A stretch of DNA of 64,000 nt from Azolla caroliniana (taxonomy: Eukaryota > Plantae > Polypodiophyta), in contig JBHGNT010000015.1 of the NCBI GenBank assembly GCA_043228905.1, positions 4,154,001 through 4,218,000 of the forward strand. Reading direction: 5' to 3'. Below the pieces are notes generated by a model. It was not told the origin of the DNA. It was given only the letters and a program-made list of their open reading frames with translations, and made no database searches. The stretch's first letter is position 1; the number at the start of each line of letters is the position of its first letter. The position numbers and the translations under genes were made by a program. Below, piece by piece: positions 48,384 to 59,309 of this stretch.

Positions 48384-51300
48384 ACGCCAATAGCCGACCG
48401 ATCCTAAATCTAGACGAAACAATCGGCCAAGTCCTCATAGAGGAAATCAGGCGAAAATTGATGGGACTAACCATCAATGAGTCGGCAGAAGCCCACCACT
48501 CGACTGAGTCGTTCGACCGACAAAGTCAAATGAAAGAACAAGCCAACAGAACCTGTCGACGCTACAGCCAATCGAAAACAAGGGGTGACCGATAGCGGTC
48601 GAAATCGAGAACAGGCCAAACAAGTGAGTATTGCACACTCTACAGGAAAGCTGACCACAATGTTTCCAACGGCTGGTCAATAAAAAGAAAAGAGAGTGGT
48701 CGGTGATCCGAGCAGAATCGGGGACGTTCCGACTCAGACCACTCTCCAGTCAGCAACCAGATCAATGTTGCTAACACCCAATCCGAAGAAATCCTCTCCC
48801 TAGAGGATTCGATGATCGGAGAAGTCCTCTACAGTGCACAAGTTGCACACACATGGCTACTAGACTCTGGTGCCACATTTCAGGTGACCCCCAACGTTGA
48901 ATGGTTCTCGAACTATTGAGTTGACGCCAACGGCACAGTCCGATTGGGAGACGGGCAAGAGTGCAAGATAGTCAGAACCGGGGAGGTTCCCATCAGATTG
49001 CCAAATGGCAACACAATAACCCTACACCGAGTTCGGCACGTACCCGATCTAAAGAGGAGTCTGGTCTCCATCGGCATGTTAGTCGAAGACGGGTATCGAA
49101 CGACTCTACACGAGTCGACATGGGTGATCAGCCGAGGAAACCTCAAAATCGGTAGTGGGCATAACTATGATAATCTATACCCATTGATAGAGATCAACCC
49201 TAAAGGGGCCGTGAATGTAGCCGAGAAAACCGACCCGAACTTATGGCATGGCCAACTTGGCCACATGTCTCAAGCCGGACTTGATCGGCTGATGTCGGTC
49301 GGCTACATCCCGAAACTCTAGGCAAAGACGGACTTCTGCGAGCATTGTCGATATGGGAAACAGACCCGAAGTCCGCACTCTCTCCACTACGAGATGGTAC
49401 AACAACCCCTAGAGCTCATGCACACAGACATATGTGGGCCCATGCCAGAGCGATCACTAGGAGACTCCTGGTACTTCATCACATTCGTAGATGACTGTAC
49501 ACGGAAAGTTTGGGCATACTCCATCAAGTCCAAAGATGAAGCGCTCAAGGTCTTCACTCGATGGATATCTGAAGTGGAGAACCGGTCGGGACACAAAGTG
49601 AAGACACTCTGATCCGACAACGGAGGTGAGTACACCTCCAGAGCCTTCAAATAGTACATGTCCGCAAAAGGGATCCGGCATCAAAAGACCGTTCCTTACA
49701 CACCCATGCAGAATGGGGTGACTGAACAGCTCAACCGAACGATCCAAGAGAGGGTGACGGCAATGCTCCAGCAAGCCAGACTGAAGCGAGAATTCTAGGC
49801 CAAGGCATTGCAAATGGCAGTGTACCTAATAAATATGGCGCTATCAAGAGCAATCACGCTCAAAGTGCCACAAGCACTATGGTCAGGCAAACAACCGACC
49901 TACAATAGGCTCCGTATATTCGGATGCGAAGCCTACGCGTTCATCCCCAGGGACAAAAGGAAGAAGTTGGCACCCCATGCAACAAAGTGCATATTTCTCG
50001 GTTATGGAACGGATGGGGACTTCGGCAATCAGCTGTGGGACCCTGAGAACCGGAAATTGATCCAGAGCAATGACGTAGTCTTCAATGAAGACTCTATCTT
50101 CTCTCAACGAAACCAACAGAAAGCAGTTGGTAAGAAGGTATCCGTCAAAGATGACAGCACTATCGTAGAAGGACCGACCCAACGGGCCGAATCGGAGACT
50201 TGACAAACAGTCGAACTCCAACAAACTGCCAACTTCCTTGCCCACACTGAATCGGTAACAAGTCCTAACGTCGAACTCAGAGACCAAGAAATCAACGACA
50301 CAACTAACTCGACAAGAGTCGACAAAGGCAGAGTCGCTAAGAGGCCAGTAAGAACTGAGTCGACAACAACCATAGGGGAGAACAACCAGACACTGCCAAA
50401 ATCCCAAACCGAGGGCGGGACACCTAACAAGACTCCTGACACAACTGGTTCAACAAATACCAATTGACAATCTGAACCGATCGAAGAATCTGAACCAGAT
50501 ATTATGGCACCCAGGAGATCTGGACGAGCTCGAAGGCAAACAGAGTTTTATCAATTGGGCCTCGACTATGTCCACTACACGGATGTAGGCGAACCACGCA
50601 TGTATGACGAAGCTATGGCTGCACCGGACGCCAAAACATGGTTGCAGGCCATGAAATCTGAAATGGATACGATTCATTAGAATCAGACATGGGAGTTGGT
50701 CGAACTACCAGCAGGAAGAAAGACGCTACCTTGCAAATGGGTGTTCTGATACAAGTATGTATCCGACTCTGAGAAACCCAAGTACAAAGCTCGGCTTGTC
50801 ACGAAAGGATTCAAACAGGAATACAGGGTCGACTACGACGAGATATTCTCACTAGTAGTCAAGATGAACACCCCCCGACTCCTACTAGGAGTCGTGGTGA
50901 CAGAAGATCTAGAGCTCGAGCAGATGGACGTAAAGACAGCATTCCTACACGGAGATCTGGAAGAAGACATATACATGTCTCAACCGACAGGCTTCACGGC
51001 GACGGGGGAGGACAGTCACCTCGCATGTCAACTAAAGAAAAGTCTATATGGCCTAGAACAAGCGCCGAGAATGTGGTACCAGAAGTTTGACTCCTACATA
51101 TGGTAGCTTGGATACATAAGATCAGACTTCGACCCATGCATATATGTTCGGCAACTGGCCGACGAGTCAAGGATCTATCTGATCCTATACGTCGACAGCA
51201 TGTTGATTGCAAGGAGAAATCAAGCAAAGATCGGTAAGCTTAAGTGGAGCCTTCACGCAAAGTTCACGATGAAGGAACTCAGACAAGCCCGACACATACT

Positions 51301-51884
51301 GGGCATGAGGATAGAGCGAAATCAGACAACCAAAACTCTCCGACTCTCCCAGTCTGAATACATCCGCAAGGTGCTGAAGCGCTTCAACATGGAGAACGTG
51401 AAGCCAGCACCGACACCACTTCCGACATTGATCAGACTATTGGATAGAGACTCTCCTGCAACGGACAAGGAGAGAGAGCTTAATGGAAAGATACCCTACG
51501 CATCGGCAGTAGGAAGTATCATGTACGCAATGGTGGCAACCCGACCCGACCTAGCCTATGCCGTAGGGTTGGTCAGCCGGCACATGTCAAACCTAGGAAA
51601 GAAACATTGGGAGGCCGTCAAGCACATCCTTAGGTATCTAAAAGGAACCACGGATGCACAGCTAACTTTCGGACTGACAATCTCAGCCAAAATCGAAGGC
51701 TACACTAACTCCGACTATGCCGGGAACACGGACAATCTGAAATCAACATCAGGCTACATCTTCACCTATGGTGGCGATACAATATCATGGAGGTCGAAAA
51801 TTCAAGAGTGCACGGCTCTGTCTGCCACAGAAGCCGAGTATATGGCAGCATCGGAAGCAACGAAGGAAGCGATCTGGCTGCACC

Positions 51885-52348
51885 TATTAGAGATCTAGGT
51901 ACTAAAGTAAGCTTAAGATAAGGATAAAGTAATGATAGATAGAAAGGAGAAAGAGAAAGAAGGGTGCCAATCCACCTGACCACCCCCAAGCGAAGGGATC
52001 GAGACGGACTCGAGCCTCGATCGGCGTCCCATACCACCGTCGTGGCGTCGTGGCGTCGAGTCGTACCTGGTGCTAGCGCGCTCGCTACAAGAGTTGACCC
52101 ACCACAAGAGCAGAGTCTCGATCTACTCAAAAAGATGATCAAATGAGGGTAGCTAGGCCTCTTATTTATAGCGATACCCAAGGTCCCCAGGCAAGTTCAC
52201 ACTTGACCTAATGGGTTGTCTCAATCCCGAGGATTAAAAGTAATCCTCCCCTTCTTTACACTCTCGTTTAACCCTCACACTTATCCACGTGTATAGAATA
52301 CTACGGTAAATTCTCACCATGGGATATTAAATGGTCATGACTGTAACA
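51885..52348 (-). repeat. Solo LTR of an unidentified family
   Basis: tatta(tgtta)...taaca with perfect 5-bp TSD gcacc; minus-strand ctataaata near 52163-52171. Confidence 0.85.
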
Positions 52349-53547
52349 GCACCGACTGACTGCCGACTTCGGAACTGCAAACCGAATAGACCGAGCAGAG
52401 CCAACTATCTATTGCGACTCACAGAGCGCAATACACCTCATCAACAATCCCGTCTACCATGCGAAGAAGAAGAACATTGAGTTGTGGTATCATCCTATTC
52501 GGGAGCTCGTGACCGAGAAGAAACTCGAAGTCCGGAAGATCGACACCAAGGTGAACATCATCAATTGTCTGACAAAGCCACTCCCAGATCAACGCTTTGA
52601 AACACTAAGGACAAAGATGGGGCTACGACAAGCGACCGAGCAGAAGAAAGACGAATGAGGAGCAGAAGGTAAGAGCTGATTGACACTCATACTATACCTC
52701 TGTCGACTCGGCTACTTGCCGACAGACTCGTAACATAAGATCTAGTTAAATTTGTAATCTAGTTTACGGGGGAGATCACCCCAAGCACTTGTACATGCAA
52801 GAAAGAGTAGTCCTTTTACGGGGAGTTTGTTGGCATAAAAGGCCAACTCCTTCCACATTGTATCCGTCCGAGTGTGAGCTTGTTAATAAGTTAGGGCTTA
52901 TTATATAAGCAAATACCTAGCATTGTAATGGGTGATGACGAGAAAAGTATCGTATCTCTGAGAAAGAACGAAGTAATAAGAAGCTTTCCATTAAAGCTCT
53001 ATCTGTGTAAGTCTCCACGCCTATTCTATTTTCTGTATGTGTTGTTTGCTATCCAGTACCGACTACAGATCCATACACGTTTCCACACATAGCACTCATA
53101 CCCACACTGGCTCAGCCGAATCACAACAGTAAAACAGAAATGAAGGTTTAATGCAAGCTTAAGAATACACAATACACAGGAGAGACAAAGAGAGCAGAAC
53201 AACATAAACTCGATTCAAAATAGTAACACTCTATACATACAAATGTCCTACATAACACTTTTTATACAAGTCCTTAAAAGGACTGACAGAAGTACTGCCA
53301 TGTACTTCAATGCTCAAACGACGACTAACACTAACTCCAAGAAATATGCCTACGTGTTAGGCTCGGATCATAGGCTCCAACAGCCTACCGGTTCTCACTA
53401 TTCCGGAGTACGATCTGGTTCTTCGGTTTGGCTCTAGGTTTCGGATACCAATATATCCGGACATCAATCCGGTCCTTCGTTCCGGACACTAATCCAACTC
53501 TGGCTTATTCAGCCGATCCGGATCTGGTAGAGCTTGCCCGCTCAACA

Positions 53548-55456
53548 ATGCTCCTAGGAACCGTCGGACCTCGGTGACCGACCTGCACTCTTCCTTCATC
53601 GCCAAGATGGCCTCTACCTTTTCCGGAGACGGTTTCTGACCGTATGGTCCGCATAGGTGCCCGACCACCAGGATCCCCAATTGTCCGAATGCCGACTTCT
53701 ACCCGAAGAAGGTAACCCGAGCGCCCTCAAGCCTCTACAATATCTTCTCACAATCAAAGATGTGGTCCGCGACGAATCCCCAACATCCATCCACTCCGAC
53801 CGATTCTTCCTTCGCGTCATGTGGGCATCCCTTGATCGGAATGTCGTCCAAGAATGGCATGGTGATGTCCAGGATGCAATCCCTCGGCACTTTGTTCGTC
53901 ACATTCATCGTGTGTGCCACTAAGTTGGTTCCTCCCTGGGTAGGGTACACATCCGAACTAAGTCGAGAGGGGTTCGCATCGTCGTAATATCCCTACTCTC
54001 CATGGTTAGCTGGAACTGGTCATACCCAGAGAATAAGTTACCGACTGAGTAGATAGACCTTTCGGCGAAGGCCTCCGTGAACTCGTCGATTGTCGGCCCA
54101 ACCCCTACATTCCAGATTGTCACTTTGTTGACGGGTTGCAGGTCTTGTAACAAAGCGCAGCGTACCGTTCTTCTTCAGCACCGTGAACCACCGATTCTAA
54201 TAAGGGGCACTCGACAGTTCGAGAATCCCCATCTCCACTTTCTCCTTGAGTAGCTCCATCAACTTTGGAATGTGAGTTCTTGGTACTAGAATCAACTTGA
54301 GGCCCCATGGGACATGCGGTACCATGAAGATCACCATGGGTTCCATGATCGTCCGGTCGATGCACCCGATCTCCCCTGGTTAGAATACAAAGGCTTCCTC
54401 GTGCCTTTCGAGCATCCTCTGAAACCGGTCTTCCTCCACCGATAGTAGAAAGGCACCCCCATGGTTTCCTATGCCGGTCAGATTCCATAAACTCAGGTCG
54501 ATCGTGACCCCTTTCGTACGCTCCCAATTGTCCCCCAGTAAGGTTATCGCGATTGGCCTTACCTTCCGGTCCACAGTCATATACTTTCGATCATCTTCTA
54601 GTATCCACTCGGATGGTCCGATCCATCCCGATCATCTTCCCAAAGTCCACGATGACTTCGTACATTTTGACCGAATTTACCAGAATGACCTGGTGTTCGC
54701 TTAGATCCTCCACAACTACCCTCTCGATCTCCCCGAGGGTGTCATCGAATGAGACAACCTCCACGGTGCCGTTGATTTCGTCGTCGGGGCCTAAGGCGCC
54801 GTATGCCTTCAAGCGCCCTTTGACCTCTCTTTTCTCCCGGCCGCCAATGCCGGTTATGGTACAACCTCCATTATCAGAGGGCCAAAACTTCCTACCTATG
54901 GTACAAGTGTGGGGTTTCTTCCGGTTGTTTGGACTATCGTGGCCCCATGTCTTGATAGTCCTCTCTAAAAATCCTCTCGGCCTTCGCCGTCAAGAGAATC
55001 CTAATTCCACTCGTGGTTCGGTTGGATTATCAAATATTGGATAGAGTGTCATCTGTCCTGGCTCATTACCCTCGCGTACGCCAAATCGTTGTCCAACACT
55101 TAAGTCTCCATGCGAGGCGTCGTAATGTGAGGTTCACCGAGTATCACCAGATGCGATAATTTCTCCTACACCAAAAAGTGTTGATCGACCTCGACGTCAC
55201 CAACCTTCACCCGGATGTTCGGGCATGCACCAAGAAGCTCCTCTGTAGCACGGGTCGCCGTGCGCATCTTCCACCTATGCTTCGTATTAATCGGCCACTT
55301 TCCCTTTTTGTAGAAGTCCATGGAAATTATTGATTTCAGATCCATGGTCGATTAGAGCCACCACCAGTTCTTTCACATCCCCGATCCGGACCGGGGTCTC
55401 CATTGTTGCTCTCGCCCAATGCAACCACGTGTAGTGGCTTTCGGCATATTCGTCTT
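53548..55456 (-). pseudogene. pol: G6 protease-RT fragments
   Basis: ALIDHGSEIN, FSGYDQFQL, PFLDDIPIKG, VRRFLGA. Confidence 0.9.
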
Positions 55457-58400
55457 TGTTGAGAGACAAGCTCAACATCGGCCGGATCGGCTGAAGAAGC
55501 CGAGGACCGGATCGGTTGGGACCGATCGGTTAGGCTGAGTAGATAAACCGGGAGGTCGTTAGGAAAGATATTCCGTGAGGAATATATTTGGGAGTTAGTG
55601 TAGGGGCTCTTGATGAGCTTTGAAGTACTGTCAGTACTTCGGTCAGTCCTTTTAGGACTTGTATAAAAGTGCTCACTGAGCACGTCTTATGTACAGAGAT
55701 TGAGTATTATTGTGAAATATAGTTTTTTGTGTTTCTCTCTCTATCTCTCCCGCGTATACCGTGTAAGCCTAAGCTCTCCATTGAACCTGAGTTTCCTTCC
55801 TCTATTCTGTCTTCATACCTGCTTCCGCACGCTACGGGTTGAGAACCTCTCTACAGCCAACACAGCTTGACGAAGAAGAACAAGAAGAACGATGGATAGA
55901 GGCATGGCGAGCTCGCTTCCAACGGAGAAGCTCGACAGAACCAACTACGCGTCTTGGTCCTACAAGATGCGCCAGTACCTGCTCGGGCACAGCTACTGGA
56001 GTTATGTCGAAGGAGCTAATGACGCGGCACCCGAATCGACACACAGAGACTTTCCGTCGTGGGAGCAATCGGTGAGCGGGATATTATACTGCTTCGCGTC
56101 GTGTGTGGGCGAACAGCTATTGAGCTATGTTCGGGATGCAAAGACGCCGAAGGGTGCATGGGAAAATCTGAAGAAGATTTTCGTCGCGAGCACCACAGCC
56201 AGGAAGCTTCAGCTCCGATAGGAGTTGAGCAACCTACGACAACGCGACTTGTCGGTGGCGGACTATACCTCGAAGATCAAGGATATCTGCGACTCCCTCG
56301 CCTCCATAGAGGTGAACATCGAGGAGAGCGAGATGGTCCAGATCTGTCTCGGAGGTTTGGCGTTGAAGTTCGGAGCGTTCCGAACGGCTGTGTGTACCCG
56401 GGAGAATACGCCGTCCTTTTTCGACTTACAGTCGATGCTCCTGGTAGAGGAGAACCACGCAGGTGCGTCGACGAGCACGCACACCGACAGCAAGATGTTG
56501 TACACGGAGGGAGAAAGGCCCCGTGGTCGTGGCGGACGAGGCGAGTCGGTACGCAATGGAAGCGGCCGACGAGATCAAGGAAGAAGGCACCGAAGTGATG
56601 CCGACAGCAACTCCGGACCCTCCGGAAACAGGGGGAGTCGAAGCGATGAGAACCGGCAAGGGAAGGCAATCGCGGAGTGCTGGTACTGTGGCAAGAAAGG
56701 CCATAGGGAAAGTGAGTGCTGGAAGAAGCGCGCCGATTCGGAGAGAACTGGTTCTGGAAACGGCTCCAGACATACCGACAAGGGAAATCGGCAGCGATCG
56801 CACTACACCGAAGACTCCGGGAGAGTCGGAGAAGGGTCTGCCTTCGTGTCGAGACACGAAGCAAACTCAATGAAACAGAGCACCCCGAGATCGGACGAGG
56901 TGTGGTACGTAGACTCCGGCGCGTCAAACCACATGACGAGCCATAAGGAGTGGTTCTCGTACCTTGAAAAACCGATACAACCTGGAGTAGTCGCAACAGG
57001 AGACGACACTCCGCATCCGATCGCGAATGTCGGAGAAGTTCCCCTTAGCCATGTCAGGCAGAAAGGGAAACTCATGAACGTGTTGCACGTTCCGACAATC
57101 ACGAAGAACTTGGTCTCGATCGGACAGATCGTCGACCAAGGGATGGAGGTTCGGTTTACACACCTCGGGTGCTTCATTGAGGAAGAAAGCCGTGTGATTG
57201 CGCAAGGGCGCAGAGACGGGAGGATGTTCATCCTCGACTCCACTGACGGCGGCACCGCAATGTTCGCGAAGGGACAAAAGACCGAATCGGACATCGACTT
57301 GTGGCACAAGCGGATAGGCCACGTCAACTACCAGCGGCTTCAAGATCTGCAAACGAAACAGGCAGTGTTCGGATTGCCCAAAATTAGTGGCCGAAAGGCA
57401 CAAATTTGTGAAGCTTGCCAGCTCGGGAAGCAACATCGACTTCCCTTCCCCAACGAGCGAAACCGGAGCCGGAATAAGCTCGAACTTATACACTCCGATG
57501 TATGGGGGCCGGCACAAAACGTTAGTCTTGGCGGGAGCCGATATTTCGTCTCCTTCATCGACGACCACACGCGGCACACGTGAATCTACCTCATTGAGAG
57601 GAAGAGCGAGGTCTTCGACTGTTTCCGGGACCTCAAGGAGTTCATGGAAACCGAAACGGGACGAAAGATCAAGTGTCTGCGGTCGGATGGCGGGAAAGAG
57701 TACTTTTTCGGTCAATTCAACGGTTATCTACAACAAATGGGAATTTGGCGCGAATTCAGTTGTAGATACACGCCAGAGCAGAACGGCGTGGCCGAGAGGA
57801 AGAACCGGTCGATTGTGGAAGTGGCACGGGCAATGCTGGAGGAGAAGAGCTTGCCCAAGTTCTATTGGGCCGAGGCGGTAAGGACCGCGGTATACATCCA
57901 CAACCGGATCGAAGAAAAAGTGTCAGCGCACGAGCTATATTTCAGAACGAAGCCGAACTTGCGACACTTGAGGGTGTTCGGTAGCATTGCGTATGTGCAT
58001 GTACCGAAGGAGAAAAGGAGGAAGCTGGACGCAAAGGCCGAGAAATGCATCTTGGTCGGTTATTCGGACGAGCAGAAGAGTTATAAGTGCTATAACCCTC
58101 GCACCAAACAAGCGTGTGTCAGCCGCGACGTTGTGTTTGACGAGTCTGCGTCTTGGTACCTGCCCCCGACTACGAACCTCGACTCTAATCCGAGTTCTGA
58201 CGATGAGGTCAGTGAGGCCGAGATGCCTCCGGATGAGCCCGAAATCGAGACCCGCGAAGAGAGTCCGATTTCACTCCGGTTAAGTGGACCGATTGGACGA
58301 CTGAGTCGGTATGACCAGTCCGATGAGGAGCGGGCGAGTAGTGGAGACTCGGCCGTGCATTCCCCGCGCAGGAAGCCGAGGAGACGGCTTACGCACAAAG

Positions 58401-59309
58401 AGAAAGGGAAGAAGGTGTCGGATTTCGGCACGAAAAGGAACGAGTCAGACCGACGCAAGTCTGACTCCGAGGGAACCGGTGACAGGTCTTTAAAGATGAA
58501 GACCGCGTCGACCGAGAAGGCCTCGACATCGGCTAATGTGAGATTACGTCGATCTACCCGCCAGAAGAACCCAGTTGTGCGGTTCGGATACAACGAGTAC
58601 ATGGCGCATCATTATGCGTACATGACCCGTGTAGCGGAAGTGCGTGAGCCAGAGAGCTACGCAGAAGCGGCTAAAGACGCGAATTGGCGTGCCGCGATGG
58701 AGGAAGAGATGCACGCATTGGCGGAGAACGAGACCTGGGACCTGGTTGACGCACCGAAGGGTGTGAAGCCGATCGGGTGTAAGTGGGTGTACAAGGTCAA
58801 GTACAACACCGATGGCTTGGTCAACCGCTACAAGGCTCGGCTAGTGGCAAAGGGCTACGCGCAGAAGCATGGCATCGACTACGATGAGACGTTTGCGCCA
58901 GTCGCGAAAATGACGACCGTCCGTGTTTTGCTCGTTGTAGCTGCGGCGAAGGGGTGGCATTTACATCAGATGGATGTAAAGAATGTGTTCCTGCAAGGTG
59001 ACCTTGAGGAACAAGTGTACATGGTACAGCCCCCCGATTTTACTCCGGAGCCCCGCGTGCCTGGAACGCGAAGATCACGCAACAACTGCGTCGGATGGGC
59101 TTCGTCACGTCAAAATCGGACTCTTCCCTGTTCATCCAGAAAGGTCGACTCGGACCGGTTAGTATTTTACTGTATGTTGATGACTTGGTCATCACAGGCG
59201 CCGACCTAGGTGAAATCGACCGCGTGAAGCTCCAGCTTGCGGCATCGTTCGACATGAAGGATCTGGGGGACCTTCATTACTTCCTCGGGATCGAAGTGAT
59301 CCGTACCCC
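55457..59309 (+). mobile_element. Ty1/copia family A element (A5), best preserved, 3'-truncated
   Basis: LTR from tgttgagagacaagctcaaca; LTR end and PBS deleted near 55833; single reading frame through gag-PR-INT-RT. Confidence 0.92.
55892..59309 (+). pseudogene. pol: A5 gag-pol polyprotein, two nonsense mutations and an RT deletion
   Basis: ORFs 55892..56221, 56225..57583, 57644..59209 share one frame; CCHC, VDSGAS, HHCC, D-D-E ([23 protein letters not shown]), YVDD at 59095..59379. Confidence 0.95.

Larger units (their letters stand above)
46716..52660 (+). pseudogene. pol: C2 gag-pol, interrupted by two solo LTRs
   Basis: WLLDSGA, LWHGQLGHMS, LELMHTDICGP, QMDVKTAFLHG, YASAVGSIMY, SATEAEY. 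Confidence 0.92.
46337..53106 (+). mobile_element. Ty1/copia family C element (C2), full length, inserted in the A4 5' LTR
   Basis: LTRs 46337-46615 and 52828-53106; PBS tggtatcagagcc 46618-46630; PPT tttacggggagtt; degenerate TSD ccggt/ctggc. Confidence 0.92.
32514..53547 (-). mobile_element. Ty1/copia family A element (A4), hosting B2, G5 and C2
   Basis: 3' LTR remnant 32514-32604, PPT 32605-32616; RH 32831-33787, RT/INT 38589-40312, INT/gag 44252-46200; PBS 46287-46299; 5' LTR split 46300-46336 and 53112-53547. Confidence 0.9.
30817..55456 (-). mobile_element. Gypsy family G element (G6), outer host of the A4 nest
   Basis: Truncated 3' LTR 30817-31370 preceded by ACGT; INT 31371-32513; RT-PR 53548-55456; both pieces collinear with G1. 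Confidence 0.75.

Noticed and set aside
56219-56221. Programmed stop-codon readthrough in A5 gag
   Set aside because: A2 has CAA and A4 has CGG at this codon, so it is a simple nonsense mutation
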